From contig JABANN010000392.1 in assembly GCA_013115125.1 (NCBI GenBank), positions 1 through 33,120 of the forward strand: a stretch of DNA of 33,120 bases, written 5' to 3'. Shown here in pieces: positions 10,531 through 21,499 of this stretch (its first letter is position 1; every line of letters begins with the position of its first letter). The notes under the pieces were generated by a model. The model did not search any database and had not been told where the DNA came from. It saw nothing but the letters and a program-made list of their open reading frames with translations. Origin of the DNA: Perkinsus olseni. Taxonomy: Eukaryota. A program made the position numbers and the translations under genes.

Positions 10531-12293
10531 AAGACTTCTCCCTCCTCTCAGTAACCGTCGCCCCTCCCCTGCCGCCCTCGTCAGCACCACTATCATTATC
10601 ACGCTCGACCTTACCGTCGCTTCCGTACCGCACCTTCCCTTCCTCCTCCTCCTCTCCAGAATCCACAGAAGAGCTGTGCGCCTGAGCAACCTGAACGATC
10701 GCAATGACCATCAGCCACCCACAAGCGTGCAGAACTCACGCGAGAGCTCTCCCGGTCCGGAAGGCAAACCACCCCGGGCGCCCAACGGACGGTGAGTTGA
10801 CGTGGTAGACGGCCAACTAGAGTGGAAAGCCGAAGCCGGTGGAGGGCTCGGTATAGAGCACTACGATGGAACACCTGAGAGAGGAGGATACAGAATTCTT
10901 ACTACGAAGCCGCCTACTGAGTTCATCCATGTTCCCATAAATCTTGCTCCCTCGCGTTTTCTCAACTCCTCCTCCGCCAACCTGTGTTTCTCGCTGGCAA
11001 GAGCCTGGAAGCCCGGGCCCAGGCCCCTCCATACCACAATTCGAGCAACTCTTCCCAGAGCGCCCCTCCTAGCAAGCGAAAGCCTGTCCGCGTACCGCAT
11101 CAAAGCCTCGCCCAAGACCCTGCTGCAGTTACCCAACGCCGTCTCCTCCACCGCAGCCGACTTAGCGTTGATACTCAGCACCCTCAACACACCGTTCTTC
11201 CTTCTTATCACGGCCGTCTCAAAGGCATGGCAGAGCTGCTGACACCCTAGGAGCTCGCGGCTCCTCGCCACCACCCTTACGCTGCGCGCCCAGGCGAAAA
11301 AAGCGCTCCTTCGTGTAAATCTTTCCTGGGTCATTTCGAGCAACCTCAAGAACCTTTCCCGGTCGTCCTCAATTTTTTCATCAAGTTCGTCCGAAATTCT
11401 CTCCACAGTACGCTGCGCCCGCTCAACCATGCCATTGTACGCTCGCAAAGTCACGAAAGGGGTAAATCGATCGCCATTGAGGTCAGCAGTCGCCGTCGCC
11501 AAGGCCGCCACCCAGGATTCTCTCTCCTGTAGGGAGCCCGCCATGAACTCGACTACGGTGGTGACCGATGTGGTACCATCTCCTCGAGGGTAACTACAGG
11601 AAGAGAGGTGGGATGGCGAGAATGATGTATAACAATTTTGAAAACCGACTGGGGTAGGGCGGGGTCGAACGCCCCCAATCACTCGAAATCTTCACGAACA
11701 AATCCACTGTGACGTGGTGAACGCGAATGAGGACGAGCTAACAGCAGCCAGACGACGGTTGCCCTTCCTCGTCATCATCGGGCAAGATCGAGTAAGACGA
11801 GACTAAATATAGAAGAACGAGAATATTCACGTTATTCGCTGTGACGTAAAGTCCGCAAGGGTACGCCGAGGAGAAAGGCCTCACGGGAAAAATTCCGTGA
11901 TTTTCATCTCAGGTCGGCCTACCTTATTGTGAATTTAAGATCGCCTTTGTTGTCGTTAGTCGAGGGCCCCCTTTCGACCGCTATGATGTTTCCCAGGCAG
12001 AGGACGTATCTTGGCTTCAAGCTTGCTTCACACGGAAAACATACAAGGAAGTTCTGCATGATGGCAGCCCACTCTTCGACGTACTGGGGGAAGAGGATAC
12101 CCTGAAGCGTCAACCAATACCACTCCAAACGTAACTCCTGCTGCCTTACGAAGCTGCGGCACTTCCGCCAGATTCGACCGCTGTGGAGGGCCGCCTTCGT
12201 GTCGATCGTGGTGAGGGCAGGATGGACGTCGGGCCGGCTGAGTGGCTTCTGGCGAGAAGGCGAAGGGAAGGGCTCTGCTGTGTCCTTCACCAT
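9089..12293 (-). CDS. PH-domain protein with helical middle and long acidic low-complexity C-terminus
   Basis: Proposed exons 12293-11923, 11593-10918, 10874-10740, 10690-9089 with GT-AG junctions in frame. Splicing assembles a PH-like pattern: HSGRIWRK..EWYWLTL..FLVCF..KPRYVLCLGNIIAVE..KFTISY..VEFMAGSLQERESWVAAL. Start codon uncertain. Confidence 0.75.
10476..10527 (-). repeat. Compound coding microsatellite giving poly-Asp then poly-Gln
   Basis: (CTG)n directly followed by (CAT)n on the + strand; reads DDDDDDDDDDDQQQQQQ in the PH-protein frame. Confidence 0.9.
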
Positions 12294-13533
12294 TGCTTCA
12301 TAGAAGTGTTTTAAGTGACGGAAAGGTTGGTAATCACGCGCCGACCGGAGGCGTTGAGGAAATGCAAGATTGAGCAAGAGAAGCAAGCACGACGAGACTA
12401 TCAATTGCGCGTTCAGGAATGCCACCGAACAGAATGAGCAGTTCTCTGAAAGCGCTCATGGCGTTTTGACTTCTTGACTGCTCTCTGAATTTTAGAAAAA
12501 AATTTCGGTCGGATAATCGGAAAATTCCTGAAATTTCTGAACGCCTGAATGACTTCCCGATTTTCGAACCAGACACCCCGGATGAGTTAAGAAGGGAGCA
12601 CCCTCATACAGAACTACCTCTCTTCGCCAACAAGCTGCGGCTGTGGTGAGGGCGTTTGACAGTGACCGCTGATGGTGTTAAGGTCAGTATCTGTCGAATG
12701 ACGGCAGACTTGTGCTTACAGTAGTAGTGGGGTCGGGGAGGGGCCGCATGTTACTACGAAGTGCGCCATTTGACGGGCGATGGGCGCCGCGTGCAGGGCT
12801 AAGGCTTGACAGATGTCCGATCGGTAAGGCTGTCGAACCAACAACAACTGATGCGTACAATCAATTTCGATGGACGGGCAAGGTCCGATCGGACAAGGGG
12901 TGTTCACGAGACATTTCCGTGCAAGAAGCAGTTCTGGGAGGAATAAGTCCCACCGAGGCACCGCTACACCATCTCTACATCTAGGTCGGGGAGGGAACCA
13001 TCGGTTGTAGTCTGCTACGCTAACTGCAGCTCGACCCCTCCCGGAAATCCTTCTTCGGGAGGAGTACTGATTTGGCGATGTAACGATAATTGAGAGGTCA
13101 TTCTTCAACTTCTACTCGACAACCCACTCAAAGTGAATCAACTACGTAGTATCGATTCTCAATCTGCCTGATCGTGTACGAGTAGGTACTCACGTGTCGA
13201 GAAAAAATTTCGGGTTCATAAAAAATCACTACTTATTACGTTAACTGGTCTGTGGATGAAGGGCTAGTCGATTTAGGACAGGCTGCAGATGTCGAGTGGT
13301 CGGGGTCGAAGAGGAAGGATCATCATGCACTCTCTCCTCTTGTTGTGCCACCATGGCTTCGACTAAGAAGGAGGTCAGTAGGGTGGAGCCTCTCTCGCCG
13401 GCCGCTACGGTCAGCAGCACCAGCGGGGCAGCATTGGAGTCGTCGAGAATAGAAGCTGATAAATTCGAGACCACGTCCATACAGAAGGTCGGAGCTGGCA
13501 TCACGCAGAATAAAAGATTCCTGCATCATTCCC

Positions 13534-13980
13534 TCAGGCGGTAGATATCGTTCGAGGGGCGGCTGGTGGCGACCCTACGGAGTTATCAAGCCAGTTGCTT
13601 TCCGCTCTGGTGGCAGCGCTGGATACGTGCATAGGAGAGCTGACCAAGGAAGGGTAGTAGTAGGCGGCGGTGACTGATGCCTTGGTGGTCGTAGCCCCCT
13701 CACGCAGGCCATCGACGACCAGCTGTTGGTGGAGGCCTATCGTGCCGATCTCTGATACGTACCTTAGCTTGATGCCAGCACAAGGCCTGCCCGTCGCGAT
13801 AGAGGTAGAAGGCACCTCCACGGGATGTGCTTCGAGATGGTCCGCAGGTGGTCTCGTCTCGAATCCTGACAGCAAGACGCTACTTGCATAGCAAGGTTGA
13901 AGGCAGGGTGAAGGCGCTGCCGGACACGGCCACTGAGAAAGAGGTGCGTCGTCGTTCTGGAGCATCGGTGGTGATGGCAT
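13534..13980 (-). CDS. Possible Pro/Ser-rich hypothetical protein (exon structure unresolved)
   Basis: 148-aa ATG ORF with an internal GTACGT donor-like site and adjacent same-strand ORFs; no recognisable motif. Confidence 0.25.
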   Translation of the reverse strand: MPSPPMLQNDDAPLSQWPCPAAPSPCLQPCYASSVLLSGFETRPPADHLEAHPVEVPSTSIATGRPCAGIKLRYVSEIGTIGLHQQLVVDGLREGATTTKASVTAAYYYPSLVSSPMHVSSAATRAESNWLDNSVGSPPAAPRTISTA

Positions 13981-14528
13981 TGATTAATGTGCTGTTATCA
14001 GGTTAAAGTGGCAGCGGCAGGGGACTCCTCGTTCACTCTACAGGTGGTGATGGTATTGAGCAGGGCCCTCGATAGACTGGACTCGTCCGTGCCTCAAGAC
14101 TGGGCCACTAGGGCCAAGGCTGCTGGGTAGTAGTGATGGTTGGGGCTTGAAGTTGGTTGAGGACGGCTTTGCGGATCGTGGGGGTTAAGGGGAGCGTGCT
14201 CGGAAAGATACTCGGAATGGGCGCAGCGGCATCAATGTGCCCTTACCGAGTCTGTGATACCGACTGGAATAGTAGTTGTGATAGTAGTTTCGTTTCTGGA
14301 CGGTTGGGGAACGGTCTACAACGCCTAATGTATCCGTGTGCCAAGATTGTCCTCTCACAACGATGAACCGATCAGTTCTGCATAATCACTGTATCTGCAG
14401 TCACACAGCATGATATTAGCAAAAGTAATATCCGTAATTTCATCACTCTGGCGGTCTTCCCATGTGTCCCTCTTCACTTAGGGATTTTTTACGCTTGAAA
14501 ATCACTAAGAATTTCAAGATTCTGGTCA

Positions 14529-16467
14529 ATGATATCTGCTGTAATGCTTGTAACGGTTAAAATAGGAGTATCGTCGGGTAGAGCCGTCGCGTAACCGCAG
14601 GTGCATCGAGGAGATACTGCCGATGGACTTGAAGGCCCTCTGCCACGTGTATCGGAACCCCTTCAGCGGCCATTGGACCACTATTAACGCATCTAGAGGG
14701 AAGGAGAAGGATCCTGAGTAATCATCACACCATCGTCGTTAATCCGCACTTCGATAGCAGTCCGTCGACGGTGGCGAAGGAGGAGGTGGACGAGTTGTGG
14801 AAGGTGTGGGAGCGGACATGGCCGGCTGGCGTGCAGGAGTTATCAGAAAAAGAGAGGAAGGACTCTATAACCGACCTTATGAAGGTCTGTGTTCCCGTTC
14901 GACGCCTCGATGACCGTCCAGTCTCCAGGCCCGAGCCTTCATCTCTCGAATCCAGTACGAGCTCCGGCAAATGGCAGAACGGCCGCAGGAGACCTCGGGG
15001 CCCTTCAAGACGCCCTCGGACGTTAAGCAGCTCACTAATGAGTTGCGGAAAGCCGTGTACTCTGTGCTGCATGTGGGTGTTGTGGTGGTGGGCGGCGTTC
15101 GGGAATCTGCGGATGTAGGTCACGAAGCCAGGTGCGATAGGTGACCCTGCGACTATCAAGCGGGCTGAGGTGCCGGTCGAGTGAGTGCCTCGTAATGATT
15201 CTTGTGTATGTTGGGGATGGAGTGGTATCAGATTTTCTGTGGAGGCGGCGAGTTTGCCGGATCTGGCTTTGGCTTTGACCGACTACACCGTCATGCGTCG
15301 AGTGGCGTTGCATATACTGATAAAGGCCCACAGTGCTTGCAACCGTGTATGGGATTGTAAAAGGGTAATGAACCATCTGACCTAATTTGAATCTTGCATG
15401 CTTCAACCTAGGATACCCCGGACTTCCGAGCGCAACTGCAGCACAGGCGAGAAATCTTCCATCCGGTGGTGGATTTGCGGAGGATGATTCACAACGTTTT
15501 CGGGTCGAGCTTCACGAGCCTGGCGGACTACCTCCTTCGGAAGGAATCTCACTGGCTTGGGTGGAAGGGGATTGCTGTTAGCAAGGTGACGGTTGGGGAA
15601 TCTTAGGTTGATGCTTGCTAGATTCGGGAGAGGTCAGAGGTTCTCTTTTTCAGGAAGTATGTGGTCCTTTCCTGCACTCAACTCACAGAGAGCGCTTCGG
15701 GACTCCGTGGCCACCGCCGTCCCGTTCCCTTGCGAGCGAAGACACGAAAGAGGGTGATGCCAGCAGCAGCCCCTCACCCTCTCCTGATGAGGCGCCCTCA
15801 GTCAGTGGTGGCGGGTTGGCGAGTAAACGAAAGAGCGCTGAGCAGTCCAGTGGTAGTACGGTCATCGCCATCATCGGCTTTTACGGTTTTCCATTCGACA
15901 GAGTCGCCGTCCCAGCCACCAGTGAAGCGAGCGCGGCACACCAGAGGGGTGCCGCGGCATGTGGAGAAGATGCTGCGGATGCTGCATGACGCGGTAGGCT
16001 GGGAGCTGCAGGTGGCTGAGATGGACTGGTCCGTGCAGGCTGACGCTGCTGCTGTATCGCCCTACGCGCCATCGCCGGAGAGCACAGCAGCGAGCTGTGA
16101 TGAGGAGGAGAAGGAGGAGGGAGAGTCCCAGTGTGAAGTATTGGGGGATGGGAGTTGGTTGGGTGGAGAGTCGTCGATACTCAGAAGTACATGGATCGAG
16201 TACTGCAGCATGACGACCCGGGAGAGGGCATTGAGGAGGAGTACCGGTGTTATAATAATAAGATCTTCCAGTGGCAGTTGAGGCGGATGCTGGCGCGATC
16301 GGTGAGGGACGGGTCTCGAGTACCGAGGCTGCTAGAGTTGTGTGTTTCATTCTCAGCACATCGAATGCTACAATAGAAGGGCGGCGCCGGTCAGCAACGA
16401 TGCGGCCAAGAGCGAGCTGATCGATTTGGTGTACAAGCTGAAGGGCAGAGAAAGACCGGTGAGCTAG
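14529..16467 (+). CDS. Multi-exon hypothetical protein
   Basis: Short GT-AG introns link open segments in frame (..DSITDLMK|ARAFISRIQYEL..AVYSVLH|VTKPG..|FSVEAASLPDL..CNR|DTPDFRAQL..VSK|IRERSEVLFFRKYVVLSC..). First and last exons are tentative; no family recognised. Confidence 0.6.
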
Positions 16468-17529
16468 CGTCGGGTCTTCGAAGGGAAGCCGAAGAGGGTG
16501 CTCGCTCGATTCCGCTGTTGCTGTGATTCTTCCCTCAAACGGGACAGTGAGGGGGGAGCTCAGTTTTTTTGGTGATGGGAGGATTACTGCTCTTCAGTGA
16601 ATGACAGCATTATAGGTCGTGAGGCAAGTCTTGCGTCGGGCATGTCGGCTTACTGGACTCGAATGTTTTGAGTCATCATTTCGCCGAGTAAGAGCGCTCT
16701 TCCATATGGTCATTGACACTCTCATACTGAAGCGTTCGGCGGTAACGGTGAGACTGTGGAACCATCGATTATGGCTAGGGACTGGTTGAGATCAGCTAAT
16801 GGGATCCAAGACTGCATCTGTGCGACGAACGAGGCGTACAGTCTTTTGCCAATAGCCGTTCTCATGGTCTACTGTCGAATGGCTTTAGGATCGACCCAGT
16901 CATTCGTTCGCTCAACCCTTCTCTCTCAGGCTGCTACTCCAGTCGAGGCAGCGCCTGTGGAGGCTGGGTCTACCTGAGCTCCCTCATGGTTGAAGCCACC
17001 TGAGCACGTTGGCTGCGGCCTCTTCGATGAGGGAATCTCTCTTCAGTGGCGCTAGGCATTCTCTACGTTTCGACGGTCGTTTGATTAGTCTTTCTTATTG
17101 TGTTGAGACAATCAATTACTATCGGAATGGCGATGACCACTCTTGCCGCAGGGGGTCATCACTTTCATGAGGTGTATCCCAACTCAGTTGGTGAAAGTGA
17201 TGAGTGGCCCAGAGTTGGGCCAACTCATAGTGTGCGGATTAGGGCAGTTTGCGGGCATGACGCTCATGCGTCTCACGAGTTCAGGAGGTAGAAAAACTGA
17301 GGATACTCGTAAATGACTAGCGGAGTCCTCGGCAACACTCATGCCGAACCACCTAGAACCCAGTCCCGGGGAGGCGAGGCCATTCATCTACTTCGTCCGA
17401 GAAAGGCGCGTATCCTGGAGTGTTTTGTTTCGCTACATGCATTGCTCGCAGACGAAGGTGCCTCCTTGACTGAATCTACTAGAACACAAAAGTTACAGGC
17501 TACATCAACTCAGCTACATCTTTTCCCGC

Positions 17530-18057
17530 TCATCTGGGGACCTCTTCACGCTTAAGGATGATACCCCACATGAAAGCTCGTTGTATCTCGTGCACGTCGA
17601 CGATGTTGTGAGGAATGGGTTTCTCTAAGCAATCGACTGCCAACATAATTTCGCCCATAGAGTGAAGGCTGAGTTGAAGTCGAACACAACTGTCGCCGCC
17701 CGAGGCTTTACATAACTTACCGCCAAAGTCAGTCAGGGATATTCCTTCAATATTGAGCGTGCACGCATCCTGCACGCTTATTATCGAAGTGGTAGTGTTC
17801 AGCTGCATTGTGAGAAAGCAATTCAACCTTGTTGTCGGTTCGAAGAACGGACGTGCAAATTGGCTGTGGTGTACGGTCATGACGAGTCTGCCGCGCATCA
17901 CCCCGGCATCCGAGGCAGTGAGCAGCTTTAGTTCGGATATTCCATCAGGCAGATCGTCCTTAGGGGCGGTGAAGGTGGCAGAGGGAAGCACAGGAGGGGC
18001 CGCGCTGTTAACGAGGATAGTCGGCAACAGTAGGAGAAACCCGGCAAAGTCGAGCAT
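17530..18057 (-). CDS. Secreted protein, lineage-specific family, copy A (divergent, 175 aa)
   Basis: Intronless; MLDFAGFLLLLPTILVNSAAP signal-like start; aligns by eye to copies B and C (DLP, F..P, L..FG..LC.A, LQL.., F.W.I.). Confidence 0.75.
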   Translation of the reverse strand: MLDFAGFLLLLPTILVNSAAPPVLPSATFTAPKDDLPDGISELKLLTASDAGVMRGRLVMTVHHSQFARPFFEPTTRLNCFLTMQLNTTTSIISVQDACTLNIEGISLTDFGGKLCKASGGDSCVRLQLSLHSMGEIMLAVDCLEKPIPHNIVDVHEIQRAFMWGIILKREEVPR

Positions 18058-18268
18058 TTCGGAGTAGTGGCAGGAAGAGAGCAGCGAGCGTTCCCCGCAT
18101 TGGCTGTGACGCGCACGTCGCCACAATCGATGAGGCTGCAAATTATTCGAGCTCTCTTCATTTCCTGACGGACAAGAGGGCATGAAGGGTTGAATCTACC
18201 GGTTTTTGTGCTGATCACCCTTTGAGCCGGCCGACACCACAGATCCCTTCACCATTGATATGACACTA

Positions 18269-18980
18269 CACCTTTTCCCGAGCAAATAAAATAGTTTTTC
18301 GTTCGATTTAAACGATTCTGATAGCAATCAAGCGAGTGTCATGGGAATAAGAGAATTGTTAAACCAAATTCGTTTTGTCACCCAAGTTAAATTTATGAGC
18401 AAATATGGTTTAGCACGTGTCATTCTATTTGAATCGATTTTGATGCAATTTCGCCATCTGAATCATTTTGCTACTACGACCTCCTTCCTGCAACTCGTAC
18501 TCTGAGCTCATGAGAGACGGGAGAACACTAAAACTGGTGATTCTTGCCAACGGTTACTATACTTGAATGATTCGAATTGGAGGAACTCTGCCACGTCACG
18601 TGGCAGCGTGGCCCACGTGCGACATGTCAGTCTGACATTGTTCAGAGCTACTCTATGAGTCTCCGAAAGTCTCTCTCTCTCCTAGAGTCAAGTGACAGTT
18701 ATACTCGAGTCGTTCGAGCGAAAACTCTTCGTGCACCAGGTGCACTGCACCTCCATCATCTTCATGGCCACATCCCGCTTTCCGCCGCGTGCTTTAGGAG
18801 CGTGTAGAGCATTTCAAATTGAATGAAAAGCGAGAATTAATTTGCGTGACACGAGTATTTTAAATATGCTAGAGTATTTAAAGTGGATGAAAACTTTTTT
18901 AAAACAGAATTCGGTTTTCCAGGCCCTTTTAAATCAAACGAAAAAACTTAACGAAAATTTTATTTGCTCGGGAAGAGGTG
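18269..18980. mobile_element. MITE / non-autonomous DNA transposon with imperfect TIRs and TA flanks (Tc1/mariner-like)
   Basis: Left end TA|CACCTTTTCCCGAGCAAATAAAAT..TTTTTCGTTCGATTTAAA; right end TTTAAATCAAACGAAAAAA..ATTTTATTTGCTCGGGAAGAGGTG|TA. The terminal 24 bp match 23/24. AT-rich arms, no convincing ORF, 712 bp. Confidence 0.75.
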
Positions 18981-19921
18981 TAGTATGCAACTTATTCGAG
19001 GAAATGTTATCCAACCGAGCGAAGTCTAAGCAGAGAAGAATGCATTGCCACAGTAGCAGTGGCTGAAGAGATGGGACACTCTGTGTCTAGCCTTCTAAAG
19101 AGGATCTGCCCAGGCGTGCCGCATCTTCCTCACAAAGTCTATTTTCGGTCTTCAATTTGCCTTACCAAGCTCAGGTGCAGTCCGAGTATACCGCGTGGGA
19201 TCCGTTCCCGCGGGAGCTAGGCTCAGGGCGCTCGCAGGCTCCAGCATGTTGAGTCATCGCCTACTCACGAGGATGTGATCGACGCAGTTCCCACGACAAC
19301 CCTCGTTTGGACGAATCCATGGTCTCAAGCAACTCTTTGTTCAACTGAGATGAGTTGCAGCCTCCCAATACAAGTAGTCGGTCCGGACGTGAAAATCACT
19401 TCAGGGCCCCGTCCGCGCTGCTTTCATGCGCCGCATCACTGTCGACTTCACGACTCGCATTTTACCGAAGCCACAGTACATCGTCTATTATGAATCTTCT
19501 TCCGGAAGAGCAGCTCCCGAAACAACCACCCTGCTCGCTACACGCACTCGGCTGCTCGATCTTCGAAAGCTGCCCTCTCAAAGAGGTGTCGAGCCTGTGC
19601 CCGTAAGGCTTTCATGACTAACTTACGGACTCGGGGTAGTAGTTGTATTCTATTCTGTTTATGGGATAAGGTTAAATTCCAATTCTTTGAAATGTTTCCT
19701 GATATCCTCCGGCGTCAAGCTAGACCGAGTCTGGCTTGACACGAGTCACTCGGTCCAAAATTGGTCTCAATGTGAATGGCGACTTTGAAATTGTCCTTGT
19801 CATTACATTACTGACCACTCTTGCAGCACAACGGCTACGGCGTTACAGGCAACATCGTGGAGAGAGTACATCTTTACACACCAAATCACAGACTTTCCTC
19901 ATGGGACACATTGACACATCT

Positions 19922-20617
19922 TCATTCGGCCAGACGCACTGTTCTCAGAAGTCGAGGCAAGGTACGGTCACGTTCGAAGTTGATACTCCATTGGAACTTG
20001 CGGAATAGAATAGAGCGTGGATCGTGGATATTGAGTCGACGGTGTCTAAGAATCTCGGTGCAGTGAGCGGTCAACTCCACTACATCGACAGAGCGGACCG
20101 TCAGTTGGAGTGCAGGGCGTACTTTGTCAGGTAGGGCTTCATACAACTTCTCATCAAAATGATAGACAGTAGTTCCATCGACAGAGGTTCCATCGGGTCC
20201 AGTCGGCGTGGTTGCCATGTCCACCTTCACCCCAGTAATTCTGCTCGTCTTCGTCGGGTCCAGAGCCTCGCACAGAGCCTTACCGAAGTTATGCAGGTCG
20301 GTTCCCCCTAGGTCGGGCCGGCTGAAATCTCGTATGCCAAGTACCGCAGAGTCGTTTCGCGCCTGTATTTTGAAGAAGCTGCGCTGATACGTTGGGTACA
20401 GGAAAAGCCGACGTAAAAAAGAGCTGGGCTGCTTGACCATGTCAACCATGCCGATCGACACCCCTTCAATTACGTATGTGTACAGCCTAAGGTGTGGTAC
20501 ATCGTTGGGTAAATCTTCCTTAGCCGGGTCGAAAATGCCAAATGATAGCAAGCCTGGAGCCGCGCTATTGACGAGGATAATAGGCAGGACTGAGATCTTG
20601 ACCAGGATCGATGACAT
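19922..20617 (-). CDS. Secreted protein, lineage-specific family, copy B (231 aa)
   Basis: Intronless; MSSILVKISVLPIILVNSAAP start; close paralogue of 31967..32647 (KQPSSFLRRLF, LCEALDPTK, HCTE.LRHR.L..HDPR). Confidence 0.85.
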   Translation of the reverse strand: MSSILVKISVLPIILVNSAAPGLLSFGIFDPAKEDLPNDVPHLRLYTYVIEGVSIGMVDMVKQPSSFLRRLFLYPTYQRSFFKIQARNDSAVLGIRDFSRPDLGGTDLHNFGKALCEALDPTKTSRITGVKVDMATTPTGPDGTSVDGTTVYHFDEKLYEALPDKVRPALQLTVRSVDVVELTAHCTEILRHRRLNIHDPRSILFRKFQWSINFERDRTLPRLLRTVRLAE

Positions 20618-20990
20618 CGAGCGGTGATGAGCAAGAAACTCTGTGCTAAGCAAGTTCGGGGGCGAGTTCTAGTAGGAGACAGAATGGGTCCGGCTGATTG
20701 CAGTGGACATGAGCGATATACTGGTATCTAGCAGGTAGGTATCATCGCTATTCCGCGAGGAAAATTCTGCGCCGCTCCTGAGGTGTGTCCCGCCACTGCG
20801 CAGGAGACACGGAATCCAATTCTCGTGTACGTCAATCGCGTTCGCCATGCCGATCGGTATGTACATCTGTAAGAATGGAGCAGTGGTAGCGTCAATCACC
20901 CGCTCAGACTGGATGATCCGGTCCGGATCGAAACTCACCAGATCCGTACGAAGACACCACTTTAGGAGCCAGCTTATAGATAACGCAATT

Positions 20991-21235
20991 CAACCCTTGC
21001 ACCTTAGGGTACACTACCGCTGGTAGTGTACCCTAAGATGCAAGGGTTGTGCAACACTGCTAGTCTACCAGTGGTGCACAATAGATACGATAAATCGTAA
21101 GATAGTATCTACAGCGGTGTCCGCGAGTAATAACGCTGCAACACGCTTAGAGTGTTACGAGTGTTAACCACTACGCTTGACTAGCGTAGTCAAGCGCAGA
21201 TCGTCAAGCGCGTGATGCCACTGCATGCCATGCAG
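20991..21235. repeat. Array of adjacent inverted repeats/hairpins
   Basis: 28-bp arms with 1 mismatch and 3-nt loop (20991-21049), 16-bp arms with 2 mismatches immediately after, 10-bp arms at 21174-21196, plus smaller ones. Confidence 0.9.
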
Positions 21236-21499
21236 AGTTGGGTTCTTCGTCCGTCAATCCACCTGCTGGGGGGACGATTAGTCTGCATCATTGTCCTTTG
21301 TTAGCTACAGTAGCTAACAAAGGACAATGATGCAATGAAGTAACTTCATTAATCCCCTTCTGTACTCCCTCCCACATCTTGGGTTTTGGCTATGGCCCTC
21401 CCAGGCTGCTGGTACCAGCAGGAGTGGAGATATAATTGTCCCAGATGTATTTGGAGAAATGCCAGAGCTCAAGGCCGTTCCAGGAAAGCCAAGTAAATC

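Noticed and set aside
9764-10795. 343-aa plus-strand ORF with poly-Leu/Ile
   Set aside because: Antisense of the acidic exon of the PH-domain gene.
19275-19617. Overlapping short plus-strand ORFs, possible gene remnant
   Set aside because: No recognisable motif or consistent splice structure.
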